Shown here piece after piece: positions 30,329 through 40,753 of a DNA stretch of 64,000 nucleotides (its first letter is position 1; the number at the start of each line of letters is the position of its first letter). The stretch comes from a virus. The position numbers and the translations under genes are program-made. The stretch lies in IMG/VR virus record IMGVR_UViG_3300044608_001826, positions 23,476 to 87,475 of that record; one strand, given 5' to 3'. The notes under the pieces are model-generated. The model was not told where the DNA came from and made no database searches. It saw nothing but the letters and a program-made list of their open reading frames with translations.

Positions 30329-32848
30329 ATGGCGATTAGAGGTGTTGCTGGGGTTAGTAATTTAAGTAAGGTCTACTCTGACCTGTTAAATGCCTTTGGC
30401 GGAGACACCGCAAAGGTTAGTGCCGTTTTAAATAATCCTCAGGTTTTTCAGGGTTTAGTTGACGCGGGCGTTATTACTACGACGGGGCTCGGTGCTGCTG
30501 CTACTGCCGCTACCGTTGCTGCTCCTGTCGCTGCTGCCGCCGCTGCTCCTGCCGTTGCTGCAACTGCTGCTGGTGGAGGGGGGTTACTCGGATCTGCCCT
30601 CGGCGGTGGAGCTAAGTTAGCTGGTGCACTTGGACTTGAGGTTGCTGCAGAGAAGATCGCGGGTGGCCTGCTCGGCGGTACTCAGCCCACCCAGTATCCT
30701 ACGGGTGTTCCTTCCGGAGCTAGTAAGTACTTCTTTAGCCCCGAGTTAGGTCTGTCCTACCAGCAGTACTACGAGAGTGTTATTCCACGGGTTCGGGCGT
30801 TAAACGCAATCTCTGAACGGTTCGGTCTTGGACCTATTGCTGAGGAGCCGGTTGACCCCCAATCCTTTGCAACGTTCCAAGCACAACTGAGCGAGAAGCA
30901 AGCTGAAAGTCTCTCCAATCGTCGGATTCGGGAGATCATGGCTGAGAAGCAATTCGATTATCTGTCGAATGCTCTTCAGGCTCAATCCGCTGTTCGTCAA
31001 CAGCAGGTTAAATCCCTTGGTGATATTCAGCGCCAACGTGTTGAGTCTGGCTACACTGCAGCTCAGGGGATTATGGAATCTGCTCTCCAGAACGTTCTTG
31101 CCCGAGAACGTTTTGAGAACAACTCAGCCATTTCTGAGTTAGCTAAACCAGTCTGAGGAGAAACAAACATGGCTAACCCTTTATACGAAGCTGGTCGAGC
31201 TCTTTATTCCGTTCCGGTTCTTGGGCAGGTAGCTGCGGCGATTAATCCGCTCGGTGCTATCGCTCACACTGCTGCCACTAACCTTATTCCCGGTTATGCC
31301 CCCATCGTGGGCGAAGAGGAAGAGGTCGGCGGACAGAAAAAATACTACGCTGGAGAGCGTTATGGATATCAAAGCCCTGAGTCTTACAGGAAAATCTTTG
31401 GTGCGTTCCCTAAGTCCGTCCGGACGCAGCTCGAAGATCAGCAACGCGCTCGGGCTGCTGCAGGCGGGGAGTCAAGGAGCAGCCGTGGTGACACAGATTG
31501 GGAGCAAACTCCAACTTCTCCTCAAGACTCTACGCCGCCTCCTCCCCCTGTCTTGCCTGAACCAGCAGGCACCGAAAAAATCCCGCAGAAAGAAGATCAG
31601 ACGCCGCAGGATATCCTGAGTCGTTTAGATAAGTACCTGAGCCCTGAGTTTCAGCAACAGCTTCGGGAGCAGGAAACTGAGCAGTTTATTCGGCGGTCTC
31701 TGCTGACAAGCGCTCTTGCTTATCGGCAGACTCTTGCAAACACTCGTCGGCAAGAGGCTTTGGAGAAAATGCGTGTCTGGCGGGATGTCCAAGCCGCTCA
31801 GATTGAAGCTAACTCTCGCGCTATGGGTGCTCTCGCTTCCACAGCGTGGGCAGCTGTAACTCCTAATGCAAATACAATGACCGCATTAGGTCAGCAGTAC
31901 CAAGCCACTATGGCTCCTTTTCAGACTTTTAACCCGAAATAAGTCATGGCATTCCCCATTTTAGGAGCTATTGGTGCTGCGGGAACTCTTGCTGGCGGAG
32001 TTGGCTCTTTAATCGGCGCAACCCGTGATCCCAGTGCGCCGCAACAGATGGGGTTGGATCCTGGCATGGCCGCCCTATACACTGCCCAACTCGCTCCTGG
32101 TAATACTCGACTCACTGCCGCTGCTCAGGAGCTTGCTGCCGCAACAGGTTTATACGGTGGCACTGAAACGATTCTCAGTAAAATCCTCGGTCAGTCCGCT
32201 TACGATCGATTCAAAATAGCTGCCCAAAAAGATCAGCTTTCTGCGAATCTTGCTGCTGCAATTCCTGCTCAGTATGCTTCGGAGACCATTGCAAATTTAG
32301 GACTTCAACAGAAGTCAAACCTCGCGATGCAGCTCTTAGGAGCGCAGACCGCAGCTGATCTTACGAAGGCTTACGCGGCCACGCAGAGTCAGATCCAAGA
32401 TCGCGTTCTACAGGGTGAGACATCTCTGTTGACTCCCGCTGTAGAGATGTCCGCAAAGATGAACCAAGATGCTGCAGCCAACCGTAACCTATTGGCTCAG
32501 AGTATCGCAAGTTCAAACTTAGATATTCGTAAAGCGCAACAAAATACGTTTAACGAGTTGGCGTTGCAACGCAGCAAAATCGGCGGAGAAAGTAAGCTTC
32601 AGCGAGAGCAATTCGGCGGACAACTTGCCGCTGATGAACAGCTTACTCGCGGTAAACTTGCATTGACTCAGCAAGAAACAGAAGGCAGACGAGTTCTCCA
32701 GCGTGAAAAAGTTGGCGGGGAACTTGCTCTGTCACAACAAAGCTACGAAAGTCAGTCTGCTCTGGCTCGTCAGCGTTTTGCCCAGGAGATGGCAGCACGT
32801 CAGTATGGTGCTGGAATGGCTATGGCCGGGGTTGGAGCTTTTGCGTGA
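30329..32848 (+). other. Three Ala/Gly/Gln-rich ORFs (30329-31156, 31169-31942, 31946-32848), putative internal/ejection virion proteins
   Basis: Glycine-zipper-like N-termini and Gln-rich helical C-termini; function inferred from composition and position. Confidence 0.55.
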
Positions 32849-33375
32849 TCAAGTCTCAAATTGGGGATTCAACTACAGTCGCTAGTTGGCTGGGTTCTTT
32901 AGATAAGTCACAAAAGGACGCTTTTGTCCATTACGCAAAGAACTCCACGAGTGATATCGAAGCTTACTTGTATGCTCGGTTTTTAACTCCGGGTTACCAA
33001 GGAAGCATCTCTGATCTCACCGCGTGGATCCAAGAGAAGTATCCCAAGAACGATCTTCGTCGTCTTCTTTTAATTGAGATCGACGGGCTTCATGACGATA
33101 TTAAAAACGTTAGGGATATGACCCAGACGGGTATGCTAGATCATGCCACGGCGGCGACAAAAATTTCCGCCTTGCAGAAAGAGTTACGCTCTCACATCCA
33201 GGCAGTTCGATCCATTACCGATGGTCTAGATCGGCGCGGGTTGCTCTTGGCGGGGGCTGACCGTTGTATCCGTGAGTTAATTCAAACTCTGGACGGTCAG
33301 CCTACGCTTCAAAACTTCATTGAAGAAGCTTCGATTCTGGTGTGGAGCACCATCGAGCGCGAAGAGAAAGCCTGA
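32845..33375 (+). CDS. Helical hypothetical protein, possible terminase small subunit
   Basis: 176 aa; last plus-strand gene before TerL. Function from position only. Confidence 0.4.
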   Translation: MIKSQIGDSTTVASWLGSLDKSQKDAFVHYAKNSTSDIEAYLYARFLTPGYQGSISDLTAWIQEKYPKNDLRRLLLIEIDGLHDDIKNVRDMTQTGMLDHATAATKISALQKELRSHIQAVRSITDGLDRRGLLLAGADRCIRELIQTLDGQPTLQNFIEEASILVWSTIEREEKA

Positions 33376-34458
33376 TCAGGCGCTCATCGGTTCAAGCAAG
33401 CGCATGATCGATTCGAGCGGGCAGCGGAAGATACCCATAAACGCATCGTTAACACCCAAACTCATAACCAACTCAGTGTTTTCTATGTAAGCCCCGAAGG
33501 GGAGAAGCACTGCAGGCTGGTTAGATACGGGATTACCGGCGTAATCTGTCCAGTGAATAAGGCGATCGTTCAGGGACCCTGAGAACAAGGGCCTCTTGAT
33601 CACGTGGGTTACCTTCGTAAACTTCTTATCAATCATGTAAGCACTAAGGTGATACTGCAGGTACGTAAAGCCCTGCGGTGTAGACACCATATGCTTCCAA
33701 TGGTAGAAGATTAGGTAGGCATACCCCAGATCAATAGGTGCTAGTGAGTTAAACGTTGGGGTGCCAAATGTTACTTCATCTAAAGCACTCGTATCGATTG
33801 TGATCTTTTCGCTCTTCTCGCATTCAAAGACCAGGGGCCTTGTCGAATACAGACAGCGAAGTTCGTCTTTGTGCGTAAAGAAGCACCAGTTTTTCTCAGC
33901 TTCTTTCTTCTCTAGGTTTTTGCCGATGGGCGGGATAGCAGCGCTTACTGCATCACCCTTCTCATCGACGTGGCAAACAACAATCTTAGGAACGTCGAAG
34001 AGTTTTGCGCCCCCTTTGTTGTACTGACTTGCGTACGTAGAGCCAACAAACTGAACGTAGAGTTCGCTGTCCGGACCTACGAATAAGCGAGGATCTTCGT
34101 AGCTCAATCGATGTTTGTTTGGCCTAAGTGGCTTAGTCCCCAAGATCGTTTTGTCGTCATGAAGAAGACCGATCTGGATATTTGTCGGTGTGTTATTTAG
34201 ATAAAAGTAATTGTTGTCGTATCGAAAGCCGAATGGCTCTGGCTGTGATCGCCACGCGATGTAGGTTTTGTCTTTGTGCTTGACGATAGAAGGACTGAAG
34301 TTAGCTACAGATCCTGTAGGAAGTCCATGCAAAATCCGAGTGAATTTGCCGCCAAGTTTTTCAGCTTGTGTATATACGTCTGGTATATCCTCCTGAGGAG
34401 TTTTTACAGGGAACACCACGTCAGAGTACGCGTGGTAAAAGCGGTTAGTTACTTGCAT
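33376..34458 (-). CDS. Five-bladed beta-propeller glycosidase/phosphorylase-like protein (GH130-like)
   Basis: NFSPSI, SYEDPRLF, EKNWCFF, MSLGVND motifs. Confidence 0.7.
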   Translation of the reverse strand: MQVTNRFYHAYSDVVFPVKTPQEDIPDVYTQAEKLGGKFTRILHGLPTGSVANFSPSIVKHKDKTYIAWRSQPEPFGFRYDNNYFYLNNTPTNIQIGLLHDDKTILGTKPLRPNKHRLSYEDPRLFVGPDSELYVQFVGSTYASQYNKGGAKLFDVPKIVVCHVDEKGDAVSAAIPPIGKNLEKKEAEKNWCFFTHKDELRCLYSTRPLVFECEKSEKITIDTSALDEVTFGTPTFNSLAPIDLGYAYLIFYHWKHMVSTPQGFTYLQYHLSAYMIDKKFTKVTHVIKRPLFSGSLNDRLIHWTDYAGNPVSNQPAVLLPFGAYIENTELVMSLGVNDAFMGIFRCPLESIMRLLEPMSA

Positions 34459-34462
34459 CGGA

Positions 34463-35635
34463 TCACTTCAGGAGGTCTTTGACAGCTTGACTAAAACCGG
34501 CGGACACATTTTCCCAGCGGTACTCGGGTCGTTGGGTCACGGCATAGCAGCACCCTGCAATCTCTTCGTAGAGATCCTTGTCGTTGTACAAGTCGTTGAG
34601 GTTTTTGACTGTGTTATCGATGTCAACCAAACCGCGTACGACGCCCAGGTCTTTGTCGGTCACCCAGGCAGCGATATCAGTTAGAAGTGCGGCTTCGTTC
34701 CAAATGTCTGCGCACGCCGTGTGGTCAGGAACAACCTGCGGTTTACGGCAGCTCGCGTGTTCAAAAGAAACGAGACCCCAGCCTTCACCATCTGCCGTGT
34801 TAATACCCACGTCGCAAGCGTTGTAGACCAGATTTAGTAGTTCGTCTGGAGGGGCATCTGTGTAGTTAATGTTATTAGATGTCAGTGCTAAACGTTGAGT
34901 GTCGTCGAGACCATGCCGTTGCATCTCGCGTTTGAAGAGCGGCAGGACATCCCAGCCCATATCTTTAACCCCCATGTGGAGGTACAACATGGTGTCGGGT
35001 TTATCGACAGCAAATTTCGCAAAAGCTTGGATCGTCAAATCGATCCGTTTGCGAGGTTGATTACGGTTGGCGTTTAGAACGATGAACTTATCTTTAGGAA
35101 GTCCGAGTTTTTCGCGAGCTTCATCACGAGGCATCGGCGCAAACTTAGACGTATCCACGCCGTGCGGAAGGACGCCCAACCGTGTGGCTTGAATCCCGTG
35201 CTCAAGGATTCGGTTTGCGCAGTTGACGGTGAAAGTGATTGCCATATCCCAGTGAGGGATATTCCGAAGCATGTCGGGGTAGTACCCTTCGCTGTCGATT
35301 GGGAAGTACGCAATAAATTTAAATTTGTGCGTTGCCTTTAGGAACTGGCAGCGCTCCCAGACTTGGTTGCAGATCCAAATGTCCTGCAGACAGATAAAAA
35401 CGTCGGGTTTTACTTTCTCGATAATCTCGGGGATTCGGGGGATACCGAACCGATCTCCGCAGTGGATCGTGGAGGCAGGGTAGACCTTAAATGGGTAATC
35501 GTGCGGATCTCCTGTAGCGTTGATACCAATAACGGTAACTTCGTGCTCTTTGGAGAGATGGTCTAAGATACTATGTGTAACTCTAGCGAATCCTGTGTTA
35601 CAGCAGGCATCTCCATACCAGAGAATTTTTGCCAT
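34463..35635 (-). CDS. Glycosyltransferase family 4 (GT-B)
   Basis: TGFARVT, PHGVD, NRNQPRKRID, EGWGLVSFE (EX7E). Confidence 0.92.
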   Translation of the reverse strand: MAKILWYGDACCNTGFARVTHSILDHLSKEHEVTVIGINATGDPHDYPFKVYPASTIHCGDRFGIPRIPEIIEKVKPDVFICLQDIWICNQVWERCQFLKATHKFKFIAYFPIDSEGYYPDMLRNIPHWDMAITFTVNCANRILEHGIQATRLGVLPHGVDTSKFAPMPRDEAREKLGLPKDKFIVLNANRNQPRKRIDLTIQAFAKFAVDKPDTMLYLHMGVKDMGWDVLPLFKREMQRHGLDDTQRLALTSNNINYTDAPPDELLNLVYNACDVGINTADGEGWGLVSFEHASCRKPQVVPDHTACADIWNEAALLTDIAAWVTDKDLGVVRGLVDIDNTVKNLNDLYNDKDLYEEIAGCCYAVTQRPEYRWENVSAGFSQAVKDLLK

Positions 35636-35689
35636 CCGTGCGATTAGAGTTGATTGCTAGTAATATAACTGCACTGTCAACTTACTGAC

Positions 35690-37210
35690 ATGCCGAGTCG
35701 GGAAACATTTGCGTATAGGCGTGCTGCTCAATTGCGTGCACTTAAGGCGTCTGAGGAGAACGATACCAACGTTAATACTATATACAGCAAGGCAGCGGAC
35801 GATTTCCACACGTTTTGTACACTGCTAGATAAGCCTCCAGCGAAGCACATGCTGGAGTGGCATCGGCACTTGATCACAGGGGAGTCAAATAAATACCTAT
35901 TAGATATCGCTGGGCCAAACCTTGATATTCTGGCTCCTCGGGGTAGCGCTAAGTCCACGGCGCTCAACATGTTTACCGCGTGGATTATTGGGCGCCACAC
36001 GACGGCTAGGTTACCCCTACAAATTATTTACGTTTCGTACAACATCGCGACCGCTATACCTAAGAGTCGCATTATCCGTCAGATCATCGATTCGTCGGAA
36101 TTCCGCAAGGTGTTCCCACGGGTGCGGTTGCGGGCGGGTATGCAGTCTGATATTGGTTGGTCTATCGACTTCGATTTTGCGGGCATTCCCCGCGTGGGCG
36201 ATGAGGAATTCACCCTACGTGCTGCAGGTCTGCGAGGTTCGATTACGTCGAAACGTGCGCACCTCGTGATTGTGGATGACCCTATTAAGTCGAGTGCGGA
36301 TATTCGAAATCCCGCTATTAGGGATGAGATGAACAATAACTGGTCCTCGGTTATCGCGCCGATTATCTTCGAAGGTGGTCGATCCATCTGTCTGGGTACT
36401 CGATTCCACCCGCTGGACATTCATAAGACGATGTTCGTGCCGGAAAAGGGGTGGAAGCAAGTAACGCAAGAAGCTATTACGTACGACTCTCACGGCAATC
36501 CGGTCAGCTATTGGCCAGAGCAGTGGTCGACAGAGTATTTGCTTCAACAGAAAGAGCTGGATCCGGTTGCGTTCGCGTTCCAGTACCAGCAGCAACCTGT
36601 TATGACATCTGATCTGGTTGTGTCGCCAGATCTCCTTATTAAGGGTGAAGTCGTTACTGAGTTCGATACGCTCGCCGTGGGCATCGACTTATCGGCTAGT
36701 AAGAACGAAACGAGCGACTACACCGCGTTCGTTTTGGGTGGGCGCTTAAAGGACAAGTACTACATCATCGATTCACATCAGTGCCGCTCGATTGGCAACT
36801 TGGAGAAGATCGATATGTTGTGCGATATGTTGCTGGAATGGGGGATTCTGACGCAGCACGATAATCAGTTCCTGCCGACGTATTCGACTGTGACCCTCGT
36901 GGTGGAATCTGTTGCGTACCAAGCATCGCTAGCGGCAGATCTTCGACGGGTCTTGGTGAATGAGCGTGAACTCGGGAACCTCCATATCCACGAGGTCAAG
37001 GGTTTCAGGGGGGATAAGGTTGCTCGTTTTAGGGGGACGTTGGGTTTGTTGGAAAACAAGAAGATTATCTTTAATAAGTACCGGAAGTTTGACGCATTAT
37101 TTGAGCAGCTGATCAACGTTGGCTCTACAGCGCACGATGATTTGTTAGACGCATATACTTGGCTTATTCAGTTCCTACAGCGACGCGGGGAGTTTACTAT
37201 CGAATATTGA
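35690..37210 (+). CDS. terL: Terminase large subunit
   Basis: LAPRGSAKST Walker A, VIVDDP Walker B, LGTRFH, YQQQP, GIDLSAS..SDYTA, HDDLLDA nuclease motifs. Confidence 0.95.
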   Translation: MPSRETFAYRRAAQLRALKASEENDTNVNTIYSKAADDFHTFCTLLDKPPAKHMLEWHRHLITGESNKYLLDIAGPNLDILAPRGSAKSTALNMFTAWIIGRHTTARLPLQIIYVSYNIATAIPKSRIIRQIIDSSEFRKVFPRVRLRAGMQSDIGWSIDFDFAGIPRVGDEEFTLRAAGLRGSITSKRAHLVIVDDPIKSSADIRNPAIRDEMNNNWSSVIAPIIFEGGRSICLGTRFHPLDIHKTMFVPEKGWKQVTQEAITYDSHGNPVSYWPEQWSTEYLLQQKELDPVAFAFQYQQQPVMTSDLVVSPDLLIKGEVVTEFDTLAVGIDLSASKNETSDYTAFVLGGRLKDKYYIIDSHQCRSIGNLEKIDMLCDMLLEWGILTQHDNQFLPTYSTVTLVVESVAYQASLAADLRRVLVNERELGNLHIHEVKGFRGDKVARFRGTLGLLENKKIIFNKYRKFDALFEQLINVGSTAHDDLLDAYTWLIQFLQRRGEFTIEY

Positions 37211-37278
37211 GAAGAGTATTTCTGCCACTGTGGCGGCACTAGAGTGCAAAAAGTCTCTCGGCTCGTCCGAGCTTTATC

Positions 37279-38151
37279 ATGTCTAAAAAGATTTGGGTTG
37301 CCATAACCGCGCATGATCCGCTGCGACGGATTGATCCTCTTATTAATGTCTTAACCGAATATTCTCGATTTTTTCACGAAGTCTCTGTTAATATTTATGT
37401 TAACTACGAAGCTCAAGAGGACGTTTCCACGCTGGAATCGCTCTTCGAGCAGTTCGATACGTTAGAAATAAACGTAAAAGTCGCGTCTCCGGAGTACAAA
37501 AATTGGTATCTAACTTGGGCACATAAGCACGATTTGATGGCGGCGGTTCTTAACCGCGCCGCAGATTTTTATATTTACCAGGAAAATGATATCTATATAA
37601 CTAGCGAAAACTTTAATTATTATCGTAAGTGGAAACCAGTTTTAAGTAAGTATGGATTAGAGCCAGGTTTTGGGCTTTATGAAGAGTATGACAATAAGCG
37701 TGTTTTAATCGGTAATTACAATCAATGGTCTCTAACGAAGGAAACCCCGAACGTTTGGCATCACTATGGATTTAAAGTCCCCAAAATCCTCGTGGTGGAT
37801 CATGAGATTGACTTCTTCGTCCAACTCGGAAGTCCTTATTACTGCGGGATGATTCTGGATCAAGTGGATGCTGAGATCTATATTCGATCAGACAGCTGCC
37901 ATCCAGAACGGAGCTATCCGAAAACGGGAATTCGTAACTGGCCTATTGCAGATAGAAGCTCAATGGGACTCGCTTTTGAGCGACTCCCTAGTGGTTATGA
38001 ACATCGTCGTTGTGTTCCTGTCCATAGGAAAAACGGAGTTTATGAGATTCTTCCTTATGGTTTGATTAAACATGATGACAATAAATACTCCAAGAATTTA
38101 AAGAAACAACATGGAAATCTTTTAGACTTAAAGGAGATGCTCATCCTTTAA
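37279..38151 (+). CDS. Putative glycosyltransferase-like protein
   Basis: DFYIYQENDI resembles the GT-A xED.D motif; LTWAHK. Weak call. Confidence 0.45.
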   Translation: MSKKIWVAITAHDPLRRIDPLINVLTEYSRFFHEVSVNIYVNYEAQEDVSTLESLFEQFDTLEINVKVASPEYKNWYLTWAHKHDLMAAVLNRAADFYIYQENDIYITSENFNYYRKWKPVLSKYGLEPGFGLYEEYDNKRVLIGNYNQWSLTKETPNVWHHYGFKVPKILVVDHEIDFFVQLGSPYYCGMILDQVDAEIYIRSDSCHPERSYPKTGIRNWPIADRSSMGLAFERLPSGYEHRRCVPVHRKNGVYEILPYGLIKHDDNKYSKNLKKQHGNLLDLKEMLIL

Positions 38152-38272
38152 TCCGTCATGGCCGCACGTGGTGCTGAATATGTGCACGTGTGCTATATTC
38201 TGTCCGGAAAAAATTATTGTCAGACTCTTCACCGATCTGACGCGTATCGACTGAGGAATTTCTTAGTACAGC

Positions 38273-38515
38273 ATGGCGGAACAATCTACTGGTTTAACCC
38301 TGGGTGAGCCTGATCCCATTCGACCTAATTATTACGAAAAGAATGGTTTACAGTGCTATGATGCGCAGTTAGCTTCCGTAGGCAAATCAAAATTTCAAGG
38401 TTATCTTGAGTGTTGCATCTATAAGTATTTGTGGCGGTGGGAAGACAAAAACGGAAAGCAAGATCTCGAAAAAGCTGCCGAATATCTGAGTAAACTAATA
38501 GAAACCCTCGATTGA
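38273..38515 (+). CDS. DUF3310-family protein
   Basis: PNYY....C.DA, KYLWRWEDKNGKQDLEKAAEYL. Confidence 0.85.
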   Translation: MAEQSTGLTLGEPDPIRPNYYEKNGLQCYDAQLASVGKSKFQGYLECCIYKYLWRWEDKNGKQDLEKAAEYLSKLIETLD

Positions 38516-38516
38516 T

Positions 38517-38804
38517 ATGGACGTTAGAGCGTTTGGTTCCGTTTACGCGCAAACTGGCGCACTTCCCTACACCAGTGGGTATTTTATTAACCCCGCAAGT
38601 GGTACTAAAAACTTCCCCGCTTGCCGGGCAATTTATATTCCAGCTAAACCAAACAAAGATCCTGGGATCGTTGTAGGGGAGTTAGCAGATATGAGGGGGC
38701 AGGTAATCGTTGTCGAAAACATAGCAGGAGATCAGATTTATCCGGTCTCTATGACAATGGTTAGCGGGTCATCCACCGTCGCAGGCATTATTGCTCTCTA
38801 CTGA
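38517..38804 (+). CDS. Small putative structural protein
   Basis: CRAIYI...G...IIALY pattern; late region. Confidence 0.55.
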   Translation: MDVRAFGSVYAQTGALPYTSGYFINPASGTKNFPACRAIYIPAKPNKDPGIVVGELADMRGQVIVVENIAGDQIYPVSMTMVSGSSTVAGIIALY

Positions 38805-39031
38805 TGTCTGAAATCGCTAAAAAAAGAGACCCCGAGAAGTGGGCACGGGCAAAAGCTAAAGCCCGCGCAAAACTCGGTGGTCACAGTGCCCGAGCGATGC
38901 AGCTCGCGACTAAGTACTATAAAGATATGGGAGGAACTTACGCGGGTAAGAAATCTTCCTCTAACCGTCTCTCACGTTGGGGCAAGGAAGACTGGCAAAC
39001 GCGTGAAGAGTACGAAAAAAACAAGGACTAA
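38804..39031 (+). CDS. Small basic protein (N-terminal half of a DUF5872-like protein)
   Basis: HSARAMQL...Y...GGTY.G, LSRWGKEDWQT. Confidence 0.65.
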   Translation: MSEIAKKRDPEKWARAKAKARAKLGGHSARAMQLATKYYKDMGGTYAGKKSSSNRLSRWGKEDWQTREEYEKNKD

Positions 39032-39247
39032 AACCCATGAACGCTGAAGATCTTATCTCCGGGTTAACGGGGTACCTTTCATCCAAGTCTGGCTTCGGGT
39101 CTAATCTGCCTGAATACAAAGATATTTATAGTGAGTTAGGTAAGTCCCGTCAGTATGACATCCTGACGGCTCTCGCTGACCCTATGAAGAGCAACCTTCT
39201 GCGTCAGGCCGCAATCTTACGCGGTATTACTCCCGAAGATATCACCA

Positions 39248-39469
39248 TTGGCTGACCTCGCTCGCGAAAAAGGACGTACCGAAAGGTATTTACCACGTCG
39301 AGCGTGGGCGTCCTTATCCCCTGAAGAACGGAAAGCGACTGATGATGCTAAGAAAGAGGCAACTAAAGGGGACAAACCTGTAAATACTCGCGTTCCCAAT
39401 ACGGAAAAAGCTCAACGTGCTCGCCGTAAGGCTTCTGAATACCTAAAAAGGAGCAAAAATAATGGCTAG
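39248..39469 (+). CDS. Small basic protein (C-terminal half of a DUF5872-like protein)
   Basis: ERYLPRRAWASLSPEERKAT...K...VPNT. Confidence 0.6.
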   Translation: MADLAREKGRTERYLPRRAWASLSPEERKATDDAKKEATKGDKPVNTRVPNTEKAQRARRKASEYLKRSKNNG

Positions 39470-39811
39470 TTTCGATCCTTCATCTAGTCTTGCTCGCTCT
39501 TTAGCTCGTCGTTTTAACACGGAAGAGGGTGAAGCGCTCTCGGAAACGGAAAAGGATCAATCTGGGATTGGAAAAATCTCGGATTTCTCCCGGATGGATG
39601 AAAGCACATTCCGTGGAGTGGTCCCACCTACGCTCAACACTGCTTCTGAGCCCTCATTTACTCCTTATGATGTAGAGAGCACAAAAGAAGATTTACTGGA
39701 GGAAGCTCGTGCTCGCAAAACAGCTACGGAAACCCCTCTGATTATTCGTGCGGGAGGGGGTAGAAACCCTGCAGTAAAGGCTTAGTATGCTGACAGCCTT
39801 TTTATCACCAC

Positions 39812-40651
39812 ATGCTTTTTGACTGCTTTTTATACTTTGATGAAAAAGAGCTTCTAGAGCTTCGAATCAACATTTTAAAAGATATTGTAGATGGTTTTAT
39901 TATTACAGATGGTAACAGAACGTTTAAAGGTGATCCTAAACCCTTTACGTGCGTTGAAACGCTGAAGGAATTAGGGATTTCCGACGAGAATATCCAGGTT
40001 CTCCACGTAGAACTTCCTTCTAAGGAGGAGATCGCGAATCCTTGGGCTCGTGAATATGCTCAGCGAGATGCTCTAGGCGTCGGGATGCGCATGTGTCCCC
40101 CAGATTCCGTCTTTTTCTTTAGTGATGTAGACGAAATCCCTCGTCCGGAGTCTCTTCTGCAGGCCGTGGACCTCGCAAAAGCGGATTCCAAGCGTTGCGT
40201 TCGTTTGTCGATGCCCATGTTCTATGGGCGAGGTGATCTACGTGTTCGTGATCCGAAAGGAGATGGTACAAAAGCCCCAGATAACTGGACTTGTGGCACC
40301 ATCGTGCTTCATGAGCATCTAGAAATGACTCCTTCCCAGATTCGAATGAACCCCAACGATCTTGTCGTTGGTGATTGCGACGCTGGTTGGCATTTTTCTT
40401 GGATGGGCGACTCTGAGCGCATGAAGCGTAAGGTAACTTCCTTCTCCCATTGCTTTGACGATGTTCCTAATGCCGTAGCACCTTGCGATAGTGCAGATAT
40501 GCTTCAGCATTTAGATAACTACAAGGCACAAGCCGGTGGAACTGACCCATTGGGGCGGACTGATCACATTTTGGAGCCCTATCCGCATGAACTTTTACCG
40601 CCGGAACTGTTTAAACTGGATAGAGTAAGGAACTACCTGTTGCCTGCTTAA
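39812..40651 (+). CDS. Glycosyltransferase family 17-like (beta-1,4-GlcNAc transferase-like)
   Basis: FDCFLYFDEKELLELR, TFKGDPK, REYAQRD, SDVDEIP, AGWHFSW. Confidence 0.85.
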   Translation: MLFDCFLYFDEKELLELRINILKDIVDGFIITDGNRTFKGDPKPFTCVETLKELGISDENIQVLHVELPSKEEIANPWAREYAQRDALGVGMRMCPPDSVFFFSDVDEIPRPESLLQAVDLAKADSKRCVRLSMPMFYGRGDLRVRDPKGDGTKAPDNWTCGTIVLHEHLEMTPSQIRMNPNDLVVGDCDAGWHFSWMGDSERMKRKVTSFSHCFDDVPNAVAPCDSADMLQHLDNYKAQAGGTDPLGRTDHILEPYPHELLPPELFKLDRVRNYLLPA

Positions 40652-40753
40652 AATTCGTCGTTTTTCCAGCTATATCTTTTTTGATTTGCTGGAAATTCGC
40701 GTTAAGTGATTGCCCAGCAGGATTTTTTTACCAGACAACGGGGAAACGGCCAC

